Position numbers and translations under genes: made by a program
In this document: positions 1 to 22,517 of the stretch, in pieces
Numbering within the stretch: the stretch's first letter is position 1
How the letters are laid out: each line of letters begins with the position of its first letter
Notes under the pieces: generated by a model
What the model saw: only the letters and a program-made list of their open reading frames with translations
Told to the model about the DNA's origin: nothing
Databases searched by the model: none
Assembly (NCBI GenBank): GCA_020137815.1
Contig: CM035355.1
Span: forward strand, 3,534,001 to 3,598,000
Direction of reading: 5' to 3'
DNA: 64,000 bases
Origin: Hormiphora californensis
Taxonomy: Eukaryota; Animalia; Ctenophora

Positions 1-423
1 GGTGAAAGTGTGGTGAAACGTAATGCGCAAAGCAAATGTACGGGGGACTGGTACGGGCGATCTATACGGGCGTCTCATCCGGGCCCCCGTAATCCGCTGC
101 CTAATACCGGTGTGGTACAACATATTTGAGGTGTTGAACTGAGTGCCGTTATACAGTACAAGCTCACTTTTATTGTGGCGTTTAGTGCATCTGCATTTTA
201 GTCAAGATATTGATTTGAGAGGTGTATAGAGCGGCCAAGAGTGTATGAATATTACCTACTAGGTATAACAGTACAGAAAAAGTCTGAGAGAGTATGGGAC
301 CAGATTAGGTCTCATACTTCGAGTTCACTAGCTTGTTGACAGTACCTATCTCCACTGGTAACTTGCTGTGCAGGGAACACACATCTCTCTAACAACTTCT
401 GTTTTCCTTGTTTCAGCCCATCA

Positions 424-2483
424 ATGGGGGAGCCACGGCCTCCGATGACCATTTTTAGTGGGCAAAGCCATCGGTCCTTTGCTGAGGATGTCTGCAAGTG
501 AGTACACATCTTTGAACATTTTCAAATATGGCCCATTTTCACAACTTTCATCTTTGTTTAATCTCTTTTTTATACCTTGTTGTTCAATTTTCAGTCACGT
601 CGGCATTCGATTGGGCCTGGCGACAGTTAGTAACAATAGTTCAACAGAAACAGATGTCACTTTGAATGAAAGTATTCGAGGTAGGTATCTAAGTAGGCAT
701 ACGCTCCAGACCTGTCTAGCGACGCCGAGCCGATCAAAACGAACGGCTTCATATTTTTCACATGCCAGCTGCCAGCTGTCTACTCTATACAGTGTTTGTC
801 TCTGGCCTTTGTTTTGTGGATAATTCCCATCAACTCTGCATATTTTGTAACATTCTCTAATTTAGGCAAGGAAGTGTTTGTGATACAGAGTGGCTCAAAA
901 CGGGTGAATAATGATGTTTTTGAGATGCTCAACCTCGTATACGCCTGTAAAACATCCTGTGCTCGGCGTGTTATAGGTATGAGGTCGACCAGTGTTAGGT
1001 TGTCGATGTTTATCGAATCTTGGAGTGACAGCAAACTACCAAGATCTTTCATTGCATTCTACTATTGTTCTGACCGATACAGTTTGTAACAAGGGTATCG
1101 TTTTCAGCGGTGGTTCCCTATCTTCCCTACTCGCAGCAATGCCGCATGAGGCGGAGAGCTTGCATTACTTCTAAACTTATCGCAAAGATGATGTGCAACG
1201 CAGGTAGGATTCCTAAATTTGTACCTATTCCAATTGATACACTCTGTAGTACCTTGTACCCTCTTTAACATGCAACTTGGTCTGTCTGCAGTTCTTTCCA
1301 GCATCTTGAAATATCTTGATTGATTGTGTTCTGCAGGTATCAATCATCTGATAACAATGGACCTACATCAAAGGGAGATACACGGGTTCTTCGATTGTTC
1401 AGTGGACAACTTGCGATCATCGCCCTTCCTTTTACAGGTTTATTCCTTGTTCGATCTTGAACTTTCTCTTTAGCGAGAAAACTTCATTTTACCAAGTTTT
1501 ATGCTTCAGGCTTTTAAAGTTCATTTCATTTCAGCAAAGGAATCACATAATAAAAGCACACGATACTTCATTCTATTATGCACATATTATTGGTAACTCT
1601 AGACCTCTCTCCCCGCAGCACATTCTGGACACAATACCTGACTATAAAGAAAGTGTGATCATTGCCCGCCACCCAAGTGCCACCCGAAGAGCCACCAGCT
1701 ACGCGGAGCGTCTCCAGGTCAACTTTGCAGTCATGCACGGTGAACTAAAGGCCGAGGAAGAGGTACGATCTTAATTCCGGGAACAAAATAGACCTTCAGA
1801 CTAGTTTATAAACATGGTTAGCGTATGTTAATTATTGCCATTCAAAAGAACTCTCATTTCAGCAAGAAATAGACGGGAGAACATCGCCACCCCTTCCCTC
1901 CGTGTTTCCCCAGCAAACCCCGTTCGCGTGCAGCTTCCCAATGCCAATACCGAGTATCCAACAGAAAATCAAACCTTCACCAACTCTAGTGGGGACAGTT
2001 AAAGACAAGGTAAACCAGAGTTAGAGTAAGCTAAATCTTTCTCTAAATCGCAGATAACGTTTTCATCAAGACTAAATTATTTCCAGGTTGCCATAGTTCT
2101 TGATGACATAATTGATGACGTAGAACCATGGGCTTTATTGGCCGGTTTTCTGAAGGAGCGAGGAGCACGAAGAGTGGTTGCCATGGCACCCCATGGAATT
2201 CTATCGGGAAAGGCGAGGCAATTCATTGAACAAGCATCAAGTCTGGACAGAGTCGTTATTACAAACACAGGTATGTCTACTAAAATCCTCAATAACGAAT
2301 TCCAGTTCCACCAAACTTCATTATTATAATCAACCATATGTTTCAGTGCCATTGTCGGAGGAGCTTCGTTCTCACCCAAAGATCAGCGTGGTTGATGTCA
2401 GTAAAATGTTTGCAGAGGCCATCAGACGGACTCACAACGGAGAAAGCATGTCAAAACTGTTTACTAACGTTACGGAAGACTAA
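424..2483 (+). CDS. PRPSAP: Phosphoribosyl pyrophosphate synthase-associated protein (PRPSAP1/2-like), 9 coding exons, ~359 aa
   Basis: Phase-consistent GT-AG exons 424-497, 595-680, 866-976, 1108-1203, 1337-1437, 1619-1762, 1863-2009, 2087-2270, 2347-2483. Translation [13 protein letters not shown]...[12 protein letters not shown]...[15 protein letters not shown]...[13 protein letters not shown]...DNLRSSPFL...DGRTSPP...VLDDIIDDV...[18 protein letters not shown] (not YARQD), DDIIDD (not DDMADT) and the DGRxSPP insert mark the non-catalytic PRPSAP rather than PRPS. Confidence 0.93.
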
Positions 2484-5303
2484 AAATTGTTACCATTGAC
2501 GGAAAATCAATTTTTTCCGGGGAACGTTTTTTGTCGAAAATTGCGGGGAAATGAAATGTTTATTTTGTTGTATAAATTGTTTTATATGTTGATACTGCTG
2601 CCAAACGATGTGTTTTAAACTAAATTGGATGGACATTAGACGATGTTTCCCAAGTTCAGGTGTTTCAATAAGGTAATCTGTTCTGTCGGATGGTGTTCCG
2701 ATTGTTCACATTTTCCATCCCTTAGTCATCAACAAAAGACAATTAACAAAATACAATCTACCGCATATAAGTCTACCGACTCGATAATATGGTTTCGGTG
2801 GACGATCAGGCTTCCACGCATAATCGATTTACATTGTGAGATGAGGTTTGAGGTCTCCCTCTAATAGAAATTCGAGTCATTGGTAGATTCACACTTTACT
2901 GTTGCCTACGTCGTCGCCATCTCTTTACAAAATGTAATGGTGTATATGGTGTAATTCACACTGTAAAGTAACACGCCCATGGCCCAGCGTGACATTTTTT
3001 AAACTGTATAACCGGCTGTCCAAAACAAATTTTCGACAACGATCGCTTCTCTTGGTAAACGATTTGGGAGAGTATGCCCATATACTTTGTTCCTTTTATA
3101 AACACTTCCTCAAAACCGTTCAATGCTTCCTTGCATCTGATATTTTTCTTCTATTGTCGTCTGGCTAAACAACCTTCAACCACACATGCCTCAGCAACCA
3201 CCATATGCCTTGTGAAATTATGTTATTTGAGGCTCATGATACCCTCCCCTGCTGCATTACTCTGCGGTTGGAGGAGGAAGAGTAATACTGGGTATTGTCA
3301 TGAAGCACGCCATGCTGCCCCCTGTAAATACAGAGCCGTGTCACTATCATCGGGGGATAGCTCTATTTCTCTGATTGACTCCTTATACAGTCTTTTGGTC
3401 CTTCATCAGTCTTCCATTGACTTTTGGTACACTCTCAATTCAAGTTTTCAGATAAATTAGTTTTTGGTAGAATATTGTTTCATTTCATTGTTGAAAATAG
3501 TTCAAAGATATGTAATGCCCGTGTGTCTGTGATATAGTGGTATCGTATCATCATTATCGCAATATGAACTGATATTATTCTATTTGTCACCATATTTGCC
3601 ATCCCCTTTTTCAGCATTGCGAATTAAATCTCACCCCTTCTTGAAGTAAAACTCGTTAAATCGTCATGATCAACCTTTTCATCTAAAGCTTGGCTATACT
3701 AGGACTGATTCATTTTATCAATTTATGCAGTATCCAGTATTTTATGTTAACTTCATTTTCATAAGTCCATCGTATGAGTGTAAAACGGGAGACCTTCTCA
3801 AAGTACGATTTTCGAGAATCACATCTGGCGTCTAAATATACATAGTCCGATAGGTTAGGTTCTTTGTCCTAGCCCCATCTTACTAGGAGTAGGCTACTGC
3901 AACGACATCATGGTCCTACTGACATCAGCCCCATCTTGCTAGAATAGATTTGGAATACGACATAACAGAGCAACCTGAATCATGCTGAAGTTGGGTAGAA
4001 AACCGTGAGAGCACTGAGAGTAGCAGTAGCATGTATTCATCCTGTTCTACTCCTTAAATTGCAAAACATATTTAATAAATGTTGCCTTTGGTAGACCGCC
4101 GTATATCTACTGCACAAAAGATCATGGTTTAATTTAGACAGAATAAACAGACTAGTCTTTTGCTGCCAAACACATGTTACAAGTCCTTTATTCCAGCAAC
4201 TTTCACTTATCATATCACAGACTGACCCTCTCTCATAATCTGGAATTTAGGGGGAGGGGGCCATTGCTTGGAAAGTAATATGCAATTTATAATTGCTAGA
4301 GTCTCGAGGAATTCATTTGCGGGAATTGTTTTTTGTGTGAATGCATGTATTCGTCATTCCATTGTCCAATTAGTTTTTGAAAGGAAGGGGGTTGAGAGGT
4401 TTGGATGCTCAGTCTTTTCTCGCAATTCTATTCAATACCTTTCTGGGCTTTCTGAGTTAGAAAAAGTTAGAAAAAAACAGAGATCTTGCATATCCGTACA
4501 ATTCAACGATATTTTTGCAACTGATGCACAGCCATTGATACATTTGTTGTGTAATATCTCAATCTTCAATCTGTTACAATCGATACGATTACTCTTTCTG
4601 AGCATTTTGCTGTGTTTTATTGGCAGATGGAACGAAGCTCTACAAATTATATGGTCCCCTAAAATGTTACAAATGTCATAAAACTCACGGAAATGTGAAT
4701 CTTTGAGTAATTTGCATTTTGGTATAATATGTCGTCTTATGTATTATCATATTCATAATATTTACTTTTATTACTGCTAAGTGCTATCGCCTGACAGTAA
4801 TGTAGGTGTGGTGCTGAAATTATGGACTCCTCTTTTTCAAGAGAATTCAGAATTTTTCCTCGCCAATTTACAGTGCTGCTTGTAGTCAAATTACCGTAAT
4901 GAAAATACAGTAAGGAGACGCGCACGGTGCATAACGCAAAAAAGTTCATGTGTCAGCACGTACTAGCGCCCTGATTGGTCACGGTTGCGCGTCGTCTTAC
5001 TGTATCTTCGTTTTCCATTACCGTTTTCCCACTACAAGCGACCGTGTAAGCTTATATCTGGCTGTTGAAAGCTAACTTGACACTTTGCCTGGTAGATTCA
5101 CAGTGCACTATAGCTTTACTACCGTGAGCCTTTTATTAATCTACCATTGGTTAACTTGAAATTAACTTAATTTCTTGTGTGGAGCGCATGGAAAGAGGGT
5201 CGAGCAAGGCAATTAATTTCTATGTTTATCTTATCAAATTGTACTGGGTTTATCTAACACATAATATATTCTCCACTAAATTTTTAGCCAGACTGAAACA
5301 CCA

Positions 5304-13560
<8,257 letters not shown>

Positions 13561-13576
13561 TAGTAGTGGAGATAGG

Positions 13577-13759
<183 letters not shown>

Positions 13760-14512
13760 TTCCTTTAGCTTTCTGATGGTCCCCTTAACCCGTTGGAGAT
13801 AGAGACTTTCAGCATGTTTGTTTATGTTTAATTGTAATCACATGGTAGCTGTACTAGTTAAGTAGTGACAATATGTAGCGAGTGAACTTGCAGGACAAGT
13901 TTGGGGGCTTTGTTTTTTGTTGTTGCCATGCCCTGCACAAGAGCAATTCAGAAGAGCTTCAGAAGAGCTCCAGAAGAGCTCCAGAAGAGCTTCACAAGAG
14001 CAATTATGAAGGTGCAGGCCTTTCGGTTGTCAAGCTGTTAAATGAAGGTTCTAAACTACAACACTTATCAACCGACGGGCCACGGGTTATGAAACTTGTT
14101 TTGCTGAAACGATTATATCGCTAAATGTTGAGTGGAAATGACTTGGTAACGTGTCCCGTAGTGAGGGGGACCGCGATACCATGGTAACACGAAGAGAGGT
14201 GCTTGTTTTTGTATTGACAGACTAATGCTGTTTTTATGTGGTCAGTTGTGTAAGTTATTTGATTCTTTTAATTTCAACCCCCGAGGATAAAAGTTGCTTA
14301 GTTTTTAAAATTTTAAAATCATAAATAATTCACACACATCACTCTTCACACGTTTCTCACTGTCAAACAGACTGATAAAAATATTTTACCTAATTCAAGT
14401 CACTTGTGTCCTATCAAAAGTTTATTTAGGAAAGTTTTTTTGCCTCCAAATGGTTAACCCAAATCTCACTAACCGTACCTAAATAATATGATAAATCTCA
14501 ATATAACCGTAC

Positions 14513-17500
14513 CTAAATGTGATAATGGTGATCACAACTGTCTGCTCTTCTGAAAGGCGATGAATAATAATCTGAGTAAGTAGTCTCCATTTCCTCCTCG
14601 GGAACGTGATCGCTACAAGCTGCCGCACACAGGATACTAGATACCAGAGCTGGCCTCATCCTACTCCTCACTCGAAACACCTGAGTAAGTGAGTTGGACA
14701 TTGTTGGGCTACTAAACACGTTGAACAGGGGTAGCTACTTCAAAATGGCCATCTCTAAACGCCGCCCCAACTCACTTACTTATAAGCCATATAAAAAGTA
14801 ACTGAATGAGTAAAGCAAAAGTTGGAATAATCACTGACTAAAGATTGGGAATAAAACTAACCGAGTGTTCGTGGGAGAAGTTAGGAAAAGATATTGTGAT
14901 TCGGTGTTTAGCTGTTTTCATTACAGCTCCCACGGCATGGTAAGGGAGCTCCCGACCATTCACCGCCCTCATAAACTCTATCACCACCAAACCTGCATGA
15001 GGGGGAGGAACGTTGGGAACGTTGGGAACCTTGAAAGAGTTCCACTATTAGAACAAGGGATCGGCAATATGTCTATCAGTTCTTGTATCGCAGGCATGTA
15101 CATCAAATAAGTACATTGTAGGTGGACATAATATCTATTATCTGGTCAGTATGAGTATCATAGTTACTAGGTAGTAGGGGGTCTCATACCGGATACAGCG
15201 CGATGAAAGCCCTCCCCGTCGTCTGTGTGGTACTTCCTGGTGTCTGTAATAGCGCACTGTCTCCACAGATACAGACGGGAACTCAGTCCAGACAGAAAAT
15301 CAGGTGGAATCTGGTTGACCTGGTGACAGTGGAGTGTTACAATTAGAGTCACAAACGCTAAAATAAATTAAAAATTTTATATTGGGAGTTGAGATGACAC
15401 ACATACCCGTCGTTTTGGTGTAGACACGTTAATCTGAATGCTCATTGTATCGGAGGGCTCAAATACAAAGATGAAGGAGGAGAGTCTATCAATCATGGCC
15501 CACGAGTAGGGGATCACTGAAAACAGATCTGACCGGAGACACCGTGCTAACCGCAGCGATTTGAGGAACGAATCTGCACCGTTCTGAAGAAAAAGACACG
15601 TCGATAAGAGACGTAAATCTTGGAAATCTAGAATAAACTGCAAAAATATCAACCATTCTATCTTGTACCCCACTCCCCCACCCCCCTACTATCTATAATC
15701 TACAGCTTACACTTACCGCTAATATCTCGAAATTCTCGTGAGTGACATCAGTCAGAATGTTGGAGTAGGGGAAGGAGACATCCACTATGTACGGCACACT
15801 AAACTCTAACTCTTTTCGTTGATACTCAGTGAAGTCTATCTTGATTGAACGATAGTTTTTTAGTGCCAAGAGAAAGTCAATGAAAAGCATGTGGAAGTCT
15901 GTGGATTCCTTCTTTCGGGAGCAGACGTAGACCTAGGGAGAATTAAATTGTTAGCACTATGTGAAAATTAAATATAGTCAGACCCCGATTTACCGGGAGG
16001 CTTTGGTGAAAGGGTTTTACCCGGTAAATCGGGTATAATGGGTAAAATTGAAATGTTTTGATGTTTTATTTCATCTTTCTTACCGCGAGGGCTTCCACAA
16101 ATCTGAGAATACCAAAGTGAACTCGGCTGAGGAAGAGTTTCAAACAGAGCAGCTTGCAGACACGTACAAAGGAGAGGGTGGTGGTGGGCTGTCGAGCGAA
16201 GAAGTCGTGGTAGCTCTCAAGTAGGGAGGAACTGAAAATAAAGGGGGGTATTTTGAAGTCGGTTACATTTTACAGAAACATCTTCGCTACTACCACGAAT
16301 AATTACGCGTCAAGCGACAAAACCAACAGCAACAGTGGGCTGTGAGCACGATTCCTAATAATGGACAAAATTGGGGCAACTTTACCTGGTAAGTGATACA
16401 AAATATCAATTTACCTGTATCTCTTTCCCATGTTTTCAATGATAAACGACTTATCATGAGAGTCGCTTATCCCCCGTGTCTGTTCTTCGATATGATTTAG
16501 TACACGCTCTTGCTGAAAATATACAAAAAAATAACCTTTTTGTACCCTGCTTTGCACAGAAAGGTAGGGTTGCCTCTATCACCCTCATGAATTAATAAAA
16601 AATAACAAGGCCTGAACGAGTTAAGGAGATGAGGAAAGAAAATGAGTGAATGCCCAAGGGTTGTCAAACAAATATATCTGCACTTTCTAACCTGTTGCAC
16701 TGAAAAGGGTAACTCTAAAATATCTGAAGGAAGGTGGTCAGAGCTGGGTGTGTCTACTCGTGTAACTTGGTCTTCTGTCTCCACCTCTTTTGACTGAAAA
16801 TATAATAGAGGAAATTTCAGAAACTGGGATTTTTGGAGTTGTCCACTGTACTGTTTACAAACAACAGCGTGGTAGTGGTGGTGGGCTTTACAGACCGAAA
16901 CAACTTCTTCAGCTCTAGCACCCTTATAGGGGACCAAATGAGGACCCACCTCTGTCCTCTAACTTCTTCACCTCTTTTTAAAACCCACCTCTAACTTGAT
17001 ATCCCCCATATCAGCCCCCTGATCAGCTTTAGAATGGTACGCACTATCCTCCTCCTCCTCATCACTCTCGCATCTCAACACGAACTCACTACCAGCCGAC
17101 ACCACACTGGCTCTACTAGTGGTTGTCATGGCAGCGGGAAATATCTCCCCTGCAGTTTTGAGGTCACCAAGATCACCCAGGATCACGGGCTTGGGAGTTG
17201 AGAGCTTTCGGAGGGGTTCTGAGCGCTGAAAGGGATGATGGTAAGAGATAACAAATAAATTAGGACACAATTGCGAAACTAAGAAAGAAGTATTCTATAA
17301 TAGGAATAACTAAGGAATAGAAGAAGAGTATAATTCTGTTGTGTAATACCTGTATTGGTGATCCTGGTCCATGGCCGGTGACCATGTCCCTTGCCAGTAA
17401 CAAGTTTACTGTCGTATCTGCAAGGAAGAGGGACACAAGTTAGTTAGTTAGTTACACGTTTTATATTGAACGATGTAAGATCATTTGTCTATTCTCTATA

Positions 17501-18372
17501 TGTACCACGATAATCCACGTATAGCCGATGTAAAAAGTCGTGGGACGTGGGTCTGGATAACAGTTACCTTGGAATACGAACTGAAAGCCCCCGTGTATCT
17601 GGTCGAAATCAGCAATATTCCACGTTAGTACGATATCACGTACACTCATGACACAATCTGGACTGTCAAAATCATAGCTCCTGAAATGGTTACACAATTT
17701 CACTTATTACCTTGTGAAGGGAGCACGGCGGTAACAGAGATTATTGAAAACTGTTCGTGTGTTCTTAATAATTCTTACCTATCTTTGTTTGAAAAGTATA
17801 GGACAACATCGATTTCAAAATCAAAAGCTACACAGTGGGGCTTTCTCTTCTCGTCAAGGATAGCGTATCTGATGGGAAAAAGGAGTTATAACTTTCGTTG
17901 AAGCGGGGGGCGAGAGGGTTGGGCAACTGAAACCCAGGTCATACTGAGCACAGCCCACGTTTCCTTATACAAAGAGCATGGTATAGGGTTCAAATTCTGG
18001 TATTTCTCTCACCTGGTTATACCAAGATTCTGGTTCTCCTCTATGAGACCCCTCACACCATATATGGGAATCACGTGACACATAACACCATATATGGGCA
18101 TCACGTGACACATTTCTCTCACCTGGTTATACCAAGATTCTGGTTCTCCTCTATGAGGCCCCTCACACCATATATGGGAATCACGTGACACATAACACCA
18201 TATATGGGCATCACGTGACACATTTCTCTCACCTGGTTATACCAAGATTCTGGTTCTCCTCTATGAGGCCCCTCACAAGCTCCTCAACACTCTGTGTAAC
18301 ACCACTCCCCTCATAGGGTCGGAGAGTCTCAGAGAGCTCTATCAGAGCAGAGGAGAAGTATCTCGGATCCAT
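14513..18372 (-). CDS. Divergent 2'-5' oligoadenylate synthetase (OAS)-like nucleotidyltransferase-fold protein, probably inactive; up to 13 exons, ~579 aa
   Basis: Phase-consistent minus-strand exons 18372-18233, 17868-17779, 17680-17568, 17417-17350, 17225-16989, 16793-16692, 16512-16415, 16231-16084, 15932-15717, 15583-15407, 15319-15190, then tentatively 14801-14780 and 14711-14513. Motifs align by eye with OAS1: FEIDVVLYFS~[38 protein letters not shown]~[36 protein letters not shown]~ELLTVYAW; FIDFLLALKNYRSIKIDFTEY~FRTVLELVINYQQLCIYWTKY; PYIVDVSFPYSNI~PVILDPADPTGNL; FEILANGA~WRQLAQEA. The 3' end is uncertain. Confidence 0.78.
18003..18276. repeat. 110-bp tandem duplication (~2.5 copies) of the OAS-like exon-1 3' end and donor
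   Basis: TTTCTCTCACCTGGTTATACCAAGATTCTGGTTCTCCTCTATGAG recurs at about 18003, 18113 and 18223. Confidence 0.95.
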
Positions 18373-18868
18373 TCGATAGAATCTGTAGGGGGGGGGGGGC
18401 TTGTTTACTGAAGATAGATCATTGTAGGAACAAACAAAAAGTATCAGAATTACGAAGAGAACCATGAATGAGGAAACTAAAATGGAAGAGTAAACTAAAA
18501 TGGTATACCTTTATGAAAGGCGTGCTATTCCGTTTTGTCAGTTTTCATATCAGCTCACACATGGTCCAACACTGCAACAACACAAAGACGAGTTCTATAT
18601 CGATGTAGCTAACTGAATAGGAAGTTAAAATTAGGAAAATGATATTAAACAGTGTCATATAATAGCTCATTATACAGAAACAAAACACATACGACTTTTA
18701 AAAATGGACAGAAGGAACTGATTTATCCAAACAGTGAGGGTTTCACCAGCTCAGCAGCCTAAAATCGCAAATCAAAAGCCAAAACTCCCCGGCCATGTAA
18801 CGAGGTCAGTGTTATTGGAAAAGACAATGAGAGAGCTCTGTAATCTGAGACTGGAAGAGGGGACTTGT

Positions 18869-19043
18869 GATAAAGTAAGAGAGATAGAGATAGTAAAGAG
18901 AGATAAAAGTAAGAGAGATAGAGATAGTAAAGAGAGATAAAAGTAAGAGAGATAGAGATAGTAAAGAGAGATAAAAGTAAGAGAGATAGAGATAGTAAAG
19001 AGAGATAAAAGTAAGAGAGATAGAGATAGTAAAGAGAGATAAA
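18869..19043. repeat. 34-bp purine-rich minisatellite (~5 copies)
   Basis: GATAAAAGTAAGAGAGATAGAGATAGTAAAGAGA repeated. Confidence 0.93.
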
Positions 19044-20410
19044 ATGAACACACAATGACCTTATTTATTACACCCTGCAGTCCAGCTAGTTCAGGTCTCG
19101 AGTACCAGCCAAGAAACACAACTCAAGATAGAATAGAAAAATAATCGGTAGGTAGGAACATTCAAACTTCAGAGTTCAGAACCACTTCACCCGGTGGGGG
19201 ATAAAACATGATCGAAAGCTTTGTTTTGTTCAAACGGAGCGCGATGAGACAGGGTCGAGCAAGGCAACCATTACGGTAGACAATTGCAACTCAAATCCAA
19301 TGTGCACGAGCAGTGAAAGACAGCTGCCATATGTTACTCGAGATGGTGTTACACAGCATTTGAAATACAAGACACCAGTCATTCAAGTTTAGACTGTAGG
19401 TCCGGGATTCAATTTCAGAAATGTCAAGTAGGTAGAATAAAGCAAAATCAGTTAGCTTATTTATATGTTTCTCACTCCTATCTCAGTTTCTTTTTTCTCT
19501 ATAGGTACCCTGTATATTTATCCATGATGGTATGTGTGAATGCGAAATACATGGCATAATATATGTAATCTGTTACATGTAATGACAGGTCGAGTAAGGC
19601 TTTGGAACACTAAAACAGGCGACAGTACTGCTGGCTATAATAAATCTCCGCAGATCTCAAACAAAGCCTAGAGGGGTTCTACAGAATTGTTGATGAAAAT
19701 AAAATATCGTACAACTCGTCCTAATAATAAATAAGGTGCTATGTATATCTTTACAAAAGATCGATGAGACAAGAGCTGCCCAAAACAAAGGGGCACCAAT
19801 CTAACCAATTAGTCATAGCCCCACAACTTGGGATTCCTGGAAATCAAACAGTCCAATTTTCAGAGATCAAGAAAATAGAGAGTAATTTGTGTATAAAATT
19901 TGAGTACAAAAGCTCTTTTACCCAGACGACAAGGCAGTGCAATCTTTTCTTTCTCTCTGTCTCTTTCTCTGTCTCTGTTCTCTCTTCAAATCTTGTTCTA
20001 ACTTCTAACTCCGTATTACACACCAAACCACATATATGTACCACATATATATACAACAGGGTATAACATATTCACCGTGTTGTAATATGATTACAATGCT
20101 TCTTAGTACTGAGCTGAGTGTGTACGACGACGAAGTATCTGGAATAATAATTGGAATAATCTAGAATAATTATTGGGCACGTCGCGCCCTGATCTGTATT
20201 TACATGGCCAGGAATAATAATGGGTTTGGTAAAGCAGTCATTTGCATGGTTGTGGTATCATTGTGTATATATACAGGAAGGAATAAAATTAATTAAATTG
20301 GTAGATTTGTAGTAACGGGGTAGTAACAAAGAGTTGTAGGGGAGTAGGAAGCTAAACCAACACAGGATAATGGAATAGGAAAGGGAGACAGAGAAAATAC
20401 AAAGGAAATA

Positions 20411-21047
20411 CCTTATTACCGATATATAACGGAACCTTTAATTAACGAAATCAGTAAAAATTTCGTTAATTTTAGGTATCGTTAATTTAGGGTTCCGCTA
20501 AATTAATGTTCCTTTAATTAAAAATTGCTTTTTTAGAGTAGCAAATAAACAAAACCAAGTCATCGAATATGTTAACAATAACATTTCTACTTCTAGTTTT
20601 CTTCCTATTCATCATCATCAATAACTAGTTATAACTTCAACATTTTAAAATTGAGATATCAGTTCATTATCTGAATCAGAGTCATTCGTGGGCAAAAACA
20701 TGGGTCTTAAAACAATACTTTTCAGTAATTATTGTTTGTAATGAGGCAAGCCCATGTTCTGTCCATTTACAGTAAAAAGGACCTTAATTTCCAACCCTCC
20801 CTGAACCAATGGTGACTCAAATGCATGAGGGTCTTGAACAACTACCTCAAATTCACAACCGTGCTCAATTGCAAAGAATATTATTCTTGATATCTCAATA
20901 GGAACATAATTACCATTTTAACCCCATTTTAACCCAGTATTTGTGCTTTTTGTCAAAGTTTGCTAACCCAAACCGATTTTCGTTAATTAAAGGTACGTTA
21001 ATTAAAGGTACGCTAATAGGAGGTTCCGTTATATAGCGGTAATAAGG
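20411..21047. mobile_element. MITE, Tc1/mariner-pogo type (TA target duplication)
   Basis: Terminal inverted repeats CCTTATTACCG(A/C)TATATAACGGAACCT at both ends, each flanked by TA; no ORF. Confidence 0.85.
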
Positions 21048-22517
21048 TATAGTGACACAAAAACGAAAGTATCACAGTAGAAATAGCACGACATACACGC
21101 ATATGAAGTGTAAATTGGGCACAAAAACAGTGCAATTTGGAATGGAGCCTGACAAGTGTGGAGTGACACCACTTTCTATTATCTCTCTTTCTCTTTCTCC
21201 AACTCTTTCTCTCTCACTATCCCATTTTCCAGTGTACCCACACACTTGTCGCCTCACCAAAGCTCAACCGCAATGTCCTCAAAGGTTACTGGTTCCTATA
21301 TTAGCAGTGCTACAATTGCAATGTGTTGTGTGTCTCAGGCCGCATTGGGTTCGGAAGATCAAGGAATGCCTGAATATCACAACAATGGTAGTCTATATGG
21401 AAATGATGATTCATTATAATCAGGCAGGGGTTATGATGTCACAGTCATGAATTCATAATTGCCAATTACAGCTTTCACGCGACATGAATATTGGAAACAT
21501 ATAATGCCTCGTCATCGGCTAACAAGCGGCGAATATATGAACTACGGACTGCCATTGCCAAGCTGTAGACGTTTGATACGGAGGAAACTGGAAAGATGAT
21601 GTGTAGCGGGCTATCAGGGAAGATATGGTGCCAATATACGTCATAAAATAAAGGAGTGCTAATAATGTGCCAATATAATATACTGGGAATATTGCGATAT
21701 ATACAACAACTGAGTAACCTACAGTGTAACATACACACACGTGTACCCATGTGGTGGACAATAGGTACAAGTGTAGACACGTGCAGTGGGACACTGTCCC
21801 GTAGTGTGTAGGGTTATTGGAACCCATTGTATCGGTAGTTGACATGTGAAGTACAGATGTGTCTGGCGGCGCTGCAGTCCCAGCGCCTTTTTAACTTGAC
21901 TGCAGCGCACGATCAGATCAGGACTACGGCACCAGACTACGGTATACCAAACTAAAAACTCTTTCTAGTTCAGAAATAGTTTATTTTTCATTATATTTGC
22001 AAGTACAGAAAAGTAGACATATAAACGAAGGGCTATAGATAAGCTACTGCAGATAAGCTGTAGATAGTCAGTAGGAAGAGCAGCTCATAGTGAGAACGAG
22101 CGTAGAACTAAGACACCTCCAATTAGCATATGAAGACAGTAGACACGTTCAATTAGCATATGAAGACGCACACGTGTGCTAATGAACTGCAAGAGCTGGA
22201 ATATTTTATTGCGAGTAGACCGTTATACATATCTGACATCATGGTAGATGGAGCGGTGTACATGAGTAGTCTAGCTGCACGTGCCGAACAAATACCATGT
22301 GGCATGATTTAGAATGAAGCCATGTGTCTATAGATTTGTGGTCTGTTTTAATTGTGCGTTCATGGTAGATTTTATAAAAATAGCCAGCATAATTTTCAAC
22401 AGAAAATGTGGTGCGGTGCCAGATAGAAAATAAAAATGGATATGGAGAGAAAAGGAAAAATGAGAGGAAAGACAACGGCAACGTTTTATTCAAACCAAAC
22501 ATAATCCATCATTTTAA

